From Blasia pusilla (taxonomy: Eukaryota): a stretch of DNA of 64,000 nt. The stretch lies in NCBI GenBank assembly GCA_050084515.1, contig CM114271.1, positions 40,424,001 to 40,488,000 on the forward strand, read 5' to 3'. Shown here piece after piece: positions 50,483 to 64,000 of this stretch. Position numbers and translations under genes: made by a program. Under the pieces are notes generated by a model. The model ran no database searches, had not been told where the DNA came from, and saw only the letters and a program-made list of their open reading frames with translations. The stretch's first letter is position 1; each line of letters starts with the position of its first letter.

Positions 50483-51540
50483 TGGCTCTATACAAATAAC
50501 TAAAACATCCTAACATGCACTAGTTCTTAAAAAAGAGGGCCAACTTCTCCAAGGTTGCCACTTCTCATAAAGAGAAGAATGACCTCCGCTTGTATATTAC
50601 CTCCTAAGAGCAAATCATATATGATCTCTTAAAATAGGGAAGTACAAGATCCTCTAAGTCCTACCTCTCATCTACCATGAAAATCAGAGTAGGTAATTTG
50701 ATGGCACATTTTTATAACACCTCATAGCCTTAGATTTTAAAATGGAGCATCTCATAGGAATTGGAGAGACTTGTCACATGAGTTGGAGAGACACTTGAAG
50801 AAAAATATACGATGTTCGCTCAAATTCAAGGATTCTCAAGATGGAATGTACAATGCTTGGGACACGTGGATAGGCTCTACAACATGAGAGAAAACTAGAG
50901 ATGGAGCTAACATAGGGCAAAAATTAAATGAACCTCAAAAGTAGAAGTCATAAATAATTGATGCCCTGTAAGGGGTGGATCCCATGGGCACCTCAAATAG
51001 CAGTATCCTAGCGACCTTGGGAGTTGTGAGGAAACAAGTACTAGTGTGAAAATCAGTTCCATAACCCTTGGAAATCGATACTCCAATGCATTCCAAATTG
51101 GTGAGGGAACGGTGAGATGTGTCAAATAGAGGACCAACTAAAAAATCTCCATCCTCCCAATATATCTTACAATTAGTAAATCTTTATGCACAACAAGATA
51201 AAATAGTGAGATAATAACACAAAATAGCAACAAGCTAGCAGTTTTTTCCCTTAATTCATACTTGGTATTTTGAGAAGGAAAAAAGAAGGGAAGAGATTTC
51301 ATTAATTAAAATTAAATTATGATTTAATTAATGTGTTTTATTTTGGTGGGAGGAGTGGAGGGGAAGGACTCAAGGAGTAGGTGTTGATTATACTTTTACG
51401 GGGTGTAAATATTTATGGGAGTGAGATATTATTTATATTTAAATTTAAAAGTGTAATTATCTAGAAGGATGGAATATTCCATAAAATAGAAATTATTCTT
51501 CACTTTAAAAATAAAAAATGATAATTACAAAAATCATTTT

Positions 51541-52340
51541 CGTGCACAAGCACGTGCATGCTACCTAGTGAATTGAGAACCCACCTTGAAATAGAAACCA
51601 GCCAAACCTTATGTGAGCCCTAATCTTGTTTTATATGAATAAATAAGTATAAATATTATTGGAGAGTGCCCTTTCATTTTTGAAAAATTCTTTCTTCTTG
51701 ACATTTAGTACTTTCAACCAATGGGATCGCTTGCATTCTAAGTTAATAGGATCGTTCAAAATTAATTTAAAAGGACAGTTGAAAACTATGAGAGTTAATT
51801 ATAGGAGGTAATGCAAACCTGTGCATTGCCCGGGCATGTATGTATATATATATATATATATAGTGTGGATATTGTGTGTTATACACATAACCTTGTACGC
51901 ATGACCCTTATTTTCAAAGCTCAAGCTGTCGTACCAGTATACTAGTAAGGTGCCCGTACGATGCACAAGAAATAAAAAAAGTGTTTAGCCCATGGGAGGA
52001 AGGGATTAATAATGCTCCATACAAATTCAAACTTTTTTCTTGCTATTTGTACCGTGTGAAACATTTTCTTGTTGCCCACTTGCCACATGTAAAACATTCA
52101 GGTGTTTGCAAATAAAAAAGGTACTCTCCAAGATAATAATAATAATAAGAACTAGTATAATACCCATGTTATGCACGGGTGAAAATCCGTTTGTTAATTT
52201 GAACTCAACAGCTATGTTGTGTTATATTAATAAAACTTGTTACAAGTGTCTTCACAAGAACAACCCACAATATAAACGTGTTATCACCGAGGATAATGAT
52301 AATAATAATAATGTAGACGTTGCCCGTGCCATGCACGCCT
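51541..52340. mobile_element. Cluster of non-autonomous Helitron ends in AT-rich DNA
   Basis: Hairpin + CTAG|T at 51541-51568 (+), 51942-51968 (-) and 52152-52180 (-). Decayed hairpins at ~51818 and ~52323. 51655-51835 is homologous to 60397-60597. Confidence 0.65.
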
Positions 52341-53202
52341 AGCATAGTTTCCTCAATAGAATGGCTTATAAACAGGTGTCGATAATATCTTTTAAAATAT
52401 ATATTAAATTTTTTAAAAATTTTAATTTCAAAATTTAGGTGTAATTTCCAATCTTATAAATCTTAAATAGTAAGAAAATCACCTTTAGATAATATCCATC
52501 TCCCCTAAATAATTACATTCCTCCCTAAAAGTTCCAACAAAAATTATTCTTTCCTTTCCATTCTTCCTACCAAAATCACATTCACTAATTTTATTTAATT
52601 AAATGATTTTTCTTTTCAATTCAAATTTATTTTCCTTTCCCAAAATATCACATGTGAATTAATAAGATTAATTTAAAAATAATCAAATAATTAATTTAAA
52701 ATTTTAAATAGAATAATTATTTTCTAAAATTTTAGAAGAATAAGAAAATTCACTCTTTTAAGTTATTACAATACTCCATTCAAATTTAAATGATTTCCCA
52801 ATCCTCGAACTAATTTTAACCTTCCATAAAATTTGACCTCCCCTTTTTAAAATTTGTGTGAATTAAGACGCAAATTCTAAATTTTTTTAGTCCAAATTAT
52901 TATAAATTATTAATATTTATAATCCCCCATTATAATATTAAATAAATTATTTTTCTATTTTATTCAAATCCTTATATGATTTTTTCTACTTGCAATATTT
53001 CAATAATAAAATTGAAATAGGTTCATTACTTGAATTCGCCCCCCCCTACTCAATTCCCTTCTCCCCTCACGCGTCGTAAGGTCAAGACCTCAAAACGCGT
53101 CCTTTTAATATATAAATAAAAATTTGGATGTTTTCATGATAGAAAACCCATTAAAAAAACAAAACCACAACCTGGCTAGAAACAACTAAGCGGCCATGAA
53201 CC

Positions 53203-56200
53203 ATGAACGTGGTAGGTACCGGTGACGACTGGGTTCATGGTAGGGATGCAGGAGAAGCCTCGACGTGTGCACTCGCCGAAAGTTGGAGTGTGGGGCGTGG
53301 ACTCTGCGGATTTCGCCAGCACGGCAGCCATCCCACCGTACTTACGGGCCAGCGCCACTCGAGTGCTTACAGCTCTCGCAGGGACTTGGAGAAACTGCCA
53401 GACGAAGCGACCAGTTTGAATTGCGCGCATTTCGCCGTCGCAAGCTGGGGATCCGCTGCGTCTTTCCTCCGCTCGGGGCGAGCATCTGATGTGAAGACAA
53501 GGGAGGAGTTAGTCACAGGTAAGTCGGACTCGTGATCGAGTCTGGTTACGGAGACGCTCTTAAGAGTAACTGCGAAATCTCAGGACGCAGAGGGCCTGTG
53601 GAGGTTTTCACTCGAATTGCGCAGCAGGTGAATGTTCTCTAACCACAGAGTCGTGTTCCGCGTTAGGTCATGATGAGACGACGTCGTGTGAAGCTGCCAT
53701 GAGGCCATTCTCGAAGCTTATTTCCTTGTTTTTTCGGATGTTTAGAGTTTGACACCACGAGCTTCTCTGCGAGCGAGGAAATTGATGAATGCTGGACGGT
53801 TGGACGTCGTTGATCACGCTAAGGTCTGAATTATGAAAAGAGTGCCTAGATTCCCAATTCATGCCACCCGAAGAGGGCCGATTGTCTCGTCCCTTTAGAA
53901 TTGCCGCACAAGCAGGCATTATGGTACCTTCGATGAATTGCGGGTTTGTAGAGCTGGATTTTAGCCGCCGAGAAGTTTAGGAATCCTGATTCATGACGAC
54001 AGGAGAGAGCAGAATGACTTTCCAAATTTGAATTCCCTGTTGATCATGTCATGTACCTTCCATGAATTGTTGATTCTTGGAGCTCAATTTCAACTACAGA
54101 GACGTACCATTGTTGAGCAACTCATTAACGACATGTCATTCACACCACAAGATAAACGCCCAGCAGCTCTTTAACAACTCCTCATTCTTAGATGATGTCA
54201 TGTGCACCTGGCTAGGGAAACTTGGCAATGGCTCGTCGCAGAAACATATAAAAGCTACGAAGCCATAAACAGATGAGTTGTGTAACACCGTACTCGTTTG
54301 AATACAGCGATTTGAGTACCCTCAGAATCCTTCGGCGAGAATTTACGTGAGTGAGCGTGGAGGTGCATTGTATCTGGCATCCCTAGGTTTATGGATGTAC
54401 GCTCTGAACTTCAAAAAGGTGCTTTCCGGAAAATATGAGAAAATTGTGAGTAGTCACCGAAGGGAGAGGAAGTCCGGTTGAAGGTGGCTTGATTGAAAAT
54501 GGAGGGAATGGGAGTGGGGCTGCAGCTGTAGGTAGGGGGACGGTCTGGGTACCGTCTACCGGTCCTTCTATATCTCCTCCCTGGAAATATTACCCCGTAA
54601 TCTTTGAAGAAAATGGTGCCTCAGTTCCCCCTCGGGTTTTACCTCGAAGGGTAAACAATATTTTCTCTGCATCAGTGGATCCAGAAATGGTTTGCCCCTT
54701 AATCGGAAGGGCGAAGAAGTTGTAGATTGCATCTTGGAGGAAACGCGATCATGCCCTCGAATGTACGGTCCGGGGTTGTCCTCGAGGGTAGAAATACGCA
54801 ACAACGAGTCGGAACTTGCGAGCGAGACGATGCGAGAGCGTCGTTGCATCAAGTCGGCAAAGCAGAGTGGGAAACATTAAGGACTCTCGTGTAAGTGTTT
54901 CCTGGAAAAGCACCTGGCTGTCGTATTTCTTGAGAAAGGAGCCCAGTTGGAGTGCCCAGTTGAATGACTGCAGTTTTAATGGAACCCCTGCAGACAGGTT
55001 ACTCATGAGTTTGGGAGTCAGATATCAATTGAGGAGATATCATCTGTTCTTGGCGTCCTTCTGAGATCAGTGAAAGAGCCGGAATTTATGGCTCTCGATC
55101 GAAGTAAGAGCACGCCTGAAAGAATAGAAGCTAGACACGGAGAATTGAAGAGCAAAGCCGGGGAAGATGATACAGAATATCAGAGGTTGGTGTTCACAGC
55201 AATCGGGAATCTGTTTGCTCGAGCAGGGTCTTCTGTTCCAAAGGATATATGGATGGTGGTGGTCAAGGTGTGTTCTAATGGTCTTCTTTAGACCTGTATC
55301 TACCTGATAAGCCACCATTCTGTTGTCAAGTACAGGGCCCAATTGCCAGTCAATTTGTTGTCGGAAGCTTTAGCTTACACTTTCACAGAGTATGAGTGAA
55401 TTTCGTGATTCTGGACATTCTTCGATGGATTACAAACAGTATATCAACTTTGTAGTATAGGATTGTTAGGGATGTCGAGCAAAAAATTAGGGTTTGCAGA
55501 ATATCCACCACCTTGAAGATTTCGTTTTGCCCTGATACCTTACGTAATTGAAGAGCAGATGCTGAGGACAGTACTGGAATCAATTGTTTCAACAAAACTC
55601 ATAGAAGATGTTGCTGCATCCAGGTGATTTGACTAACAAAGTGACTGCATTCAATTGTGTGGTAAATATATCATGTTCTTTGAACGTGTGGGTTTAACAC
55701 TCTCTGCCTCAGGGCTTTGGATTTTGATTGGGTTGATTTTGAGGGGTCAGCTGAAATACTGCTTCCAACATGCAGATGCTATGCTGCTGTTCTCCGCTGT
55801 GCACATCTGGTACTGTCAGATAGTAAGGGTTCAATTGAGGAGCATGTAAGAGAAGACCAATGCCCTGTCTCTTCACCTCTAAGTGCTGTCTGGAGTAACT
55901 GCACGGTCAATTTTTCTGACTGTGATATTGCACAAATCTGCCCAGTTTAACAATCATATAGTTAGTCTTAACACCTTTGTCATGATGACTGGATTCCAGA
56001 TCCCTGGCCTCATAGGAGCTTTACGCATGTTCTTCATATATGGCTTGAGCAACTCTGGCACATGTTTTATATCCAGCAAGATCAATCAAGGGGCAGCAAG
56101 GAAACTTAATTCTTGGCAGGATGCATCTTCGAAGGCCCAGGAAAGAGGTGCATATAGGCCTCCACATTTGCGTGGGAAGTCTCAGGGCAACAACAGTACC

Positions 56201-59200
56201 AAAATTGGTAACACTGATGCCTTTGCAGGCGAATTTGAGGGTCATGGAGGATGGGGAGGAGCTTCGTCAGACTCAGAACAGAGTGACAATGATGGCCATC
56301 ATGAAGAGGGCGACCGTTTTAAAAGTTCAAAAGTTCGAACTAATGCCATTCTAAGTATTCAGGTGAACAATGGCGTTCAAATTTTGAAGTGCCACTGTCA
56401 AGCAGATAAAAGTGAAGTTTTTGCATAATGTTCATATAACCCAACAGGATCATGAAGCAAAGACTATGGATAGAGCATACCTGAGAAACCCAGAGAATTT
56501 CAGTGGAAGGAAAGTGAGAGCCAAGGCAGCGCGCAAATGGACCCAGTAACTGGGTGCAAGTAGAAAGAGTAGTTTGCTACTCATCATACTTTACCATATG
56601 CATGGAAGGCTTCATATTTCTGATCACTAAATTCTGAGATCCTCTGAATTTTCCCCATAACTTCCCAGCATATGTCAAAATTCTCTGTATTCTGATATCG
56701 TTGCTATGAGGGTCGTATTTTAACACCACAGATAAATGAGACTTCTAGATTTGAGTATCTGAAGAATGTTGTGCTGAAAGTAGGGACGTTGGTCAATACC
56801 GTCACATACATTGCAATAACCAGGGATCCTCCCTGATTTGGGAGTGTTAGTCTCTAGCTTCGCAAGATTGGAGAACTTCAAAGAATGATCATAGAATTCA
56901 ATTCAAGGGTTCTGACCCTACACGACCAGGCTTTCCCCGTGCATCCCGAGCAGTTCCCTGACCAGTTGTGAGTAAGGAGTTTTAATCTCGCTAATCTAGA
57001 AATTATTGAAAGCAAATCCAAGTCTGCTGGAGCCTCATCCCCCCAAAAGTTTCATGTTCCAGACCATGACTGTCTAATATCTTCCCAATTTCCTGATTAT
57101 AAGCTTCGGTGTGCTTGTTAGTTCATGCTTCCTTTACTTTCCACAATCCATGGAGGGGTTTACCCAATGGCAGAGAGCATGGTTCATAGATTTAGCAAGT
57201 ATCTTCTCATATGACAGAGATGAGTCCACTTCTATGTGCACCTTCTTGAGTTTAACGTGTAAACATCAAACTCCATTCATGAAGCATCAGGTGACTAGTA
57301 GCACTTATTTGGTTTGCATCCAATGTTGTTGGCAGGCACTTGCTAGAGCAGATCCAAAAGTTCTCCATGCTCATTGGGTAGTTCTTTTGCCAACACATGA
57401 CGTTCTGCAACCTCGGTAAGTTGTCAATATATGTTGCTTGAGAGTTCGTTCCCAAACTATCGTGCGGTGTTCATTTTTGTAGGTCTCAAGTGTTTTGTTG
57501 GCTTTTGTCTTTCTTTCAGTTCTCATTGTGTATTGGGGAAAATTTCAAGATGATATGAAATCTTGCAGGCCATTCCAAGCAACTCTGCTTACAGTGCTCC
57601 TCTTTGATCCACTCATGAAGGTGTGTCATTTGTGATGGACAGGCAACCTTACTGATGAGACATGATGTATTTGAATTCATGCTAGCCAGAAGATTACAAC
57701 AGCATAATCAAATGGTTAATTTCCAGAAGTTACTTGCGCCGTACACAGGTTCATGTTTGACATGCCTATTTTCTGGGGTAGAATAATTTATATGGTCTCT
57801 AATTCCAGCACTGTAGTCTGTCCTATTGATCATAATCTAAGAGGTGTGGTTCCACACACATCACCCTCAACTTCTGTGGACTTTATGCTGATACGATGAT
57901 GCAATTTTTCAGGCGCGGATGGCAGCTGCCTCGGCTTTGGCTGTGATGCTTGAGGGTCCAGCCCGTGCTTTTCTTCAAGTAGCTGAACACAAGGAGATTG
58001 CACGATCTAAGTCCTTTACAACACTATCCAGTTCCTTGGGCCAGCTGGTGATTCAACTGCACATAGGTGCTCGGATCCCTACCTTTGATTTTGTCATTGA
58101 CTTCTTGGTTTCTGTTTATGATTTATGGGGTGCTTATCCTAAGGTCTGGAGCTTTGGTTCTGGCAGGTCTTGTCCATGTGATATTGAATGAGACACACGG
58201 TGGCATAGTTGTTGCTGCGCTTAAAGCAATGTCCTTGTTGGTGGCAGCATCACCGTAAGTTTCTGTGGACTTTCTTCCAAACTATGAAAAGAGTGAGGTG
58301 CACCTGACTCTTTCCCCACTTTTTTTGCTTCTTCGGATCATCCTAGTGGCATAAGATCATACAATCACCCATCTCAATTTGCAACTGCAGGGTTATTAGG
58401 TTAACTTGTTGTGACTCAAGAATTTTCTATTTGATGCATTAACAGGTTTTCTCGTTTGCCTGCTGAGCTTTTGCCCTACGCTATATTCTCGGTTCACCGA
58501 AGGGCTCGTGAACTCCCATCAACTTCAACAGATCATGCCAATATGACGGTAAAATTTCCAAACTTACCTGTTTTGTAGCCCATGCCAGGATGTAGGGTTG
58601 GTTTGCACTTTATAGAACATCCAGACAAATGGTTACTAGGGTTATGGTGATGGTTTTCCTTCAATTCAGAACTTGGTTATTACTGCAACAACATATGGGG
58701 AGCACCTCTCACATATAGAAAGTTTTCAGGTGGTGAAACCAGAACGATTTTGTATGCTAATTATTGAATATGATACCTTTTAAGATCAGAAACCCTGACA
58801 TTTGTGGCTTTGCAGTGTGCCGCCATCAATTGTTTAGCTGCAGCTTTAGGCAGTACTCCACCTTCAGTGCAAGTTGCTGCCAGTCTTGTCATCCAAACTC
58901 CTTCAGGTATATGACTGTATATTGGATACGAAAATTGTGATTATTTTACAGGACAGTCACCAGTACTGCATGGCCAGTTTATCCTCTGCACAGAGTTTCA
59001 GGTGTCCTCGAAACGTAGTCAGTTGCTTTTGTTACTCTGGCACCTGGTTCCTGATTAACTGAGTGTCCACCTTGCAGTTTCTTCTACATGGGCACCTTCT
59101 GTAGATGGGCCTTCAAGCAGCCATCTACTGATTCCAGACCTCATAACATATACTCAGCTCTCAACCTCTCCATCTATCCGTGTGGAAGCTTTTCAGGCAA

Positions 59201-62200
59201 GTATTGGGCCTTTCCTTTTACTGGTCTTATGGGCATGAAGAGGCCTACAGCAGATGATTCCCAAGTATAGTATGTTGAAATTTGTTAATATCTAGTTTAG
59301 TCATGCTCTAAAAGTAGTTAGTCAGATACTAACTTAGTTGGATACTATTTTAGTTAGCTAGAGATAACTTAGTGTTCCTCTATCTTTTTAGGGTAACCTT
59401 GAATTAGGGCAATTCTCGAGTTAGGGTTAGCCACCATCTGTTATTTAGGGTATGGATCTGTTCAAGAAGATCTAAGGGCCAGAAGTGCTCACCCTGATGT
59501 ATATAATGTCTCTGTTTAGAGAGCAGAAGCCAATTCTACAGCATGCACAGTTTTGGTGAGGACTCCTGAGGCTCTTGGTCCTGCTGCAGAGTGATCAGAG
59601 AGTAGGAAGAGGAGATTGAGACTAATTGCTGTGCTTGCTAGAGCCTCACTGGAAGGCAGGTTGTTTTGTCTAGTATGCTGATGGAGATTGTTTGTGCTCA
59701 ATGGTGAGCCATGTCTGATCTCTGAGCTGGTGACATGTGAGGACCTGTAGTGTGAGTGCAAGGTGTGGCTGAGTAGAATCCTTCTTAGTATCTCTTAGAT
59801 AGTAAGAAGAGTCACATCATGGTAGGGCTCTGATTTGGCAATAGAGATAGGAACTGATTTGCTGATTGTGTACAAGCTGAAATCATGGATGGTCTAGCTG
59901 ATGCTAGCTCTGACTTTGTACAAGGAGATACTTCTGCTGGTCAATCATATTCTCATAGTATTAGAGTGCAAGTCCTCCGCAACCTGTGGTTAAGATGATC
60001 ATAATTGTATTCCTATTTTGGAAACCTTTTTTAGTTTGTGATTACCTGTTTGTCTTGGTTGCTTAAGGTCAAGCTTTGCAGACTGGAACCTGAAAGCTGG
60101 AAAAAAATCTGGCTCTTGCAGGCACTGAAAGCTGCTGTGCACAATTATCCTTCCATAGTGGCTAGTCATTGGGGGCCTATTTCACACTCAATACTGGCAG
60201 CAGTTGAGTATTTAAATGATCACAGTGGCCCAGGAGAGACCTCTGATTCATGTGCCAGTCCACAAATATGCAGGAAAGCTGTCCTACCATCAGCACATGG
60301 TCAAACTGCAAGGTTGGCCGACGATAAAGTGGTTCACAGTGCAATTAAGGTACACCATTGAATTTTCTTAACATGTGCATTGATCATTAGAAAGAACAAG
60401 TGTCAGCCCATGTGATGCACAGGTTTGAATTACCTCCCATAACCAACTCTCAAAATTCTCAAGTGCTATTTATCTTAAATCAATTTCGAGCGATCCTATT
60501 GGCTCAGAAGGCAAGGGATCCTATTGGCTGAAAGTGCCAAGTGTCAAGAGGAGAGGAGTTTGCAAAATGAAGGGGCACTCTCCGATAATAATAGAGATTG
60601 GTGTTTTCACAAATGTAATCAAAGTGACTATCATGCTCTACTATTGACACCAATTTTTAACTGCTATACCCTTTCTTTCTAATCACTAGACCTGCTATCA
60701 ATTGGACTAACTGATCCCATGTGTGGCAGCTTCTTGATGAGTTCCTTCGAGCTGCTTCTGGTTATAGTGGGACAGACGAGTCTCTTGATGATGGGCCTTT
60801 CCAGCCACCCTCACCACTTTTAGTGCCTAAACCAATGAGGCTGCATGTCACTCCTGGTTCTTCTGTCAATAAGCGTGGACTGGAGAGTTTTAAAACTGAA
60901 ATTGACAATGGATCTGGAGTCAGACTTTGGTTAGAGGCACTGAGCAAGCATTTGCCACTGACTCTTGTTCATTCGGCACCCATGGTCAGTCTAACTGTGT
61001 AGTGTTAGTGTCTTAAGTTTTTCATCCATAATGAAAGCTGTCTGAAAGATGAAGTTGGTTTGGTGCAATTTGCCTATCATCCAATTAAGAAAATATAAGT
61101 GCTCTAAATCTAATACTCTGGCTTGTTCACCAGGTGAGAGGAGCAGCATTAACATGTTTTGCAGGCTTGACGAATACAATATTCTGTTCTTTACCGCCAG
61201 ACAAGCAGGACCATGTTCTTTCTGCTGTGGTAAACAAATTTATGTTTTTTCTCGGAGCGGATAAGATCCTGTTAAGCAGCTTCTTTTAGCTGTATTTCTT
61301 GAATTCAATTGCTATTTTCTTCCATGATAGACCAATTCTAATACCTCACATAGTCACAGCTTGGTCACATACTTGTAGTCCACTAATCGTCGCACAGATT
61401 TCAGAGATTTTTGTTGGTGAGGGCTTTCTTAATGTGATGCAGATTTATGCAGCTTGGAAGGATGATACACCTGCTGTGCGCTCGGCTGCATGCCGAGCAG
61501 TTGGTGTGGTGGTGGGTTTCCCTCAAGTGGCTGGAAGGTAGCCATCTTTGTTCATCCCCTATCAGACCTTAAGGTTGCATGAATTTAATATGTTCCTTAC
61601 ACTATTCTAACATTGTTGGTGGAGGTGTAATCTCCCTGATTTGCTAAGAACTCAAACTGGCACTGTAGCTTGAAGAAGTTGGAGCTGGCAGTTGATGTGG
61701 TAGTGTCGTCTACAACTGACTCCTCTGTCTCGGTAATTATCACTTGACTTCGAAGAAAAGATTCAGGAGCAGAAGTTCATGGACTAGTTCTTTTCTCTGT
61801 ACTTAGGCCAATTAATTTTCGTATTTGGTTTCAGACCTGTCCGATAGAACTTATGGCACATACATTGGCAGGTGCGAATAACAGCTTCATGGGCCCTAGC
61901 AAATATATGTGATGCCCTTCGCAATATTGCAGAGACAAGAAACCTATCACAAAGTGGTAGGCTGCTATTCTATTAACTTGTCATTTCTGGCATCACAAGA
62001 TTGGGAAAGTAATCTGGAAAATAAGTCTCTAGGGAAATGTTGTGAACTGTTTTTTTCTTTGTGGATTGCTAATCCCTTGAAGAGAACTTAGTCTGACTGT
62101 TTTAAAAAAAAAATTATCACAGAAATCAACTCCAAAGGATTTTATCTGGCACCCCTGGCAGAGTGTGCTTTGAGGGCAGCAAAAGATTGTGACAAGGTGC

Positions 62201-63760
62201 TGGTTCTGTCTTTCTTATCAGATATTATGATTAGGATAATGCTTCCTTTGAGTCTAAATTATGGGTGTTGGAATGAAGCTGGACATGTAGGGCATGGCAA
62301 TGGTTCTCCTTGTCGATGAAGAAAAGTTCTTGATCATCACTGATGCTTAACTAAAAGGTGATGCTCAGTGATGATGCATCTCTGCTAGTTTTGTGTTTCT
62401 GGTCAATAAGGCTGCCAAATATCAATGACACTGCAGGTTCGTGCCAATGCTGTAAGGGCTCTTGGAAATCTTGCGAGATTCACAAACTTTAGTGGTCAAA
62501 CTGATCTCCAATCAAAGAGTTTTCCAACGGATGTCAGGCAACAGAACTACCAAATTGGATTAGCGGCTGACCCATCATATCAAGGAGCCCTTGAAGCACA
62601 TAGATGGCTGGATGTTATGGTGCAAACACTTGTGTCTTGTGTGACAACAGGAAATGTGAAGGTCTTGATTTCTCCCTTAGGCCCTCCCAGCATATTATGA
62701 AATGAATTCCAGATTTATAGCCATGACTTACCATGAGTCTTAGAGAACTCACTGGTTTTCTCTTATACTGCAGGTTCAGTGGAATGTCTGTCATGCCCTG
62801 GGGAATCTCTTTCTTAACAAAACAATAAGCCTTTCAAGAACAACATGGTAATTCCATAAATGTGTTACGTTTCTGGCTTGCCATTGAAGTAGTTGTGATT
62901 ACCAATTTTAAAGAGTCTCTTGTTACAGTTTTTATGTCATCTCATGGTGTCATACTTGATTTCGCGCAGTTTATCTACAACCTTTGTCCAGAGTAATAGT
63001 CTTTGGAGCTGTTTATGAGCTGGTAATACTAAGTTCATGTAGTGTTGGTGAGTACTGCATATTTCTAATTCTATCCAGGAACTTGGAAAGTAGCCTCATT
63101 TGATATCATCTACTTCTGTGCTGAGATTTGTTAGGTGAAGGGACACTTCTCTAACAGAGAGGAAGGGAACTCGATTCTAATTTACAATGTTATGCATGTA
63201 AAGGGTTCCATCAGTTTATAGTATACTGCTACTGCTTTTACGTGACTCGGGAAACTACAAGATTCGGATACATGCTGCATCTGCAATAGCTGTTCCTGCA
63301 GGTCGAGAAGGTAGCAACTGTCCTTGACCACTTGACAGCTGTTATGAAGTTGTGTGTTGCAATCACTTTCTGCCCTGGTCTGGATTTTCTTAATTATGAT
63401 TACTTTATCCTAACTTCATGCACTTGTAGTCTTTTATGCCATGTGATGAAAATTTGTGTGGTGATGGAAGATTACGGCGAGTCTTACACGGATGTGGTGA
63501 AAGCACTTGTTCATGCCCTTGAATGCATGGATCCAGAACACGAATCAGCACCAACAAGCTTCAAATATATCACAGCGTTGACAGAACAGGTATGATGCTT
63601 CTAACTTTCAACAGGATTGTCGTTCTTTTGTGGCGTAACACAAGTATACTGTACTGATTTATTCCTATTGGGCTATTCACAGCTGACTACTACCATTCTT
63701 CATGTGCTTGCCCTAAGCACGCCGGAGGACTTCTTGCACTTGAAGGATCTCCTCTTGAAG
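53203..63760 (+). CDS. HEATR6: HEAT repeat-containing protein 6-like, about 20 exons; 5' exons (53203-55070) uncertain; probably continues past window end
   Basis: GT-AG-bounded exons giving ALRMFFIYG, AYRPPHLR, SSDSEQSDNDG...SSKVRTNAILSIQ, ALARADPK..HAHW..LLP, FLQVAE...SFTTLSSSLG, VRITASWALANICDAL, KVRANAVRALGNL, GNVKVQWNVCHALGNLF, DSGNYKIRIHAASA. Approximate clear exons: 55070-55267, 55777-55845, 56000-56362, 57336-57415, 57569-57620, 57913-58065, 58167-58254, 58446-58548, 58816-58906, 60122-60349, 60730-60983, 61443-61538, 61670-61731, 61872-61955, 62123-62196, 62458-62661, 62774-62847, 63204-63310, ~63470-63589, 63683-63760. Confidence 0.88.
59273..59955. mobile_element. Intronic solo LTR with 5-bp TSD
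   Basis: TAGTA|TGTTG...TCTCA|TAGTA (TSD at 59268-59272 and 59956-59960). Confidence 0.65.
60397..60597 (-). mobile_element. Intronic mini-Helitron
   Basis: A|TC start, hairpin cctgtg..catggg, decayed CTTG|T end. Second copy at ~51655-51835. Confidence 0.6.
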
Positions 63761-64000
63761 GTTTGCCTTCGTTATCTGACTTCCAGTTGTAAATTAGTGG
63801 TGGTTATGAAATGAATTATCCACAAACTTGACTTGTATTTGGAAGGAAGGTGAAGGTTCTGTTATGTGCAGCAAAGTTCTGGAAGAAATTTAAGTCCATG
63901 TATAAGTTGGTACATAAGTAGTGGCTGAAAATATGGGATTTTTCCTCTCATCTAATTGCTGGTAGCATCCATTTTGAACGTGATAATTTTTTTACGAACT

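Overview
Eukaryotic, land-plant-type nuclear DNA (spliceosomal introns, plant-type genes; the TE types suggest a non-seed plant, which is inference). Two host genes flank about 43 kb of nested, decayed transposons: a U-box/ARM E3 ligase of the PUB43/44 (SAUL1) type on the minus strand with three reading-frame lesions, and a multi-exon HEATR6-like gene on the plus strand. The main finding is a group of Ty3/Gypsy-like retroelements present as four copies from three diverged families. The near-complete copy (16695-26061, minus) reads gag-PR-[DNMT3-like C5 DNA methyltransferase]-RT-RNaseH-DDE integrase-PHD finger. These elements have Tf1-style self-priming PBSs instead of tRNA PBSs. Their termini are permuted: A-PBS...PPT-B-A-B, with a palindromic GACA-GC-TGTC junction between B and A. 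That arrangement is what integration of a 2-LTR circle at an internal site would produce. Also present: a P-element-like transposase pseudogene next to an intact EDM2-type PHD ORF, a rearranged Ty1/Copia, an RLE non-LTR remnant, (CT)n-tailed retroposon ends, solo LTRs and mini-Helitrons. All calls are by eye and no database searches were run.
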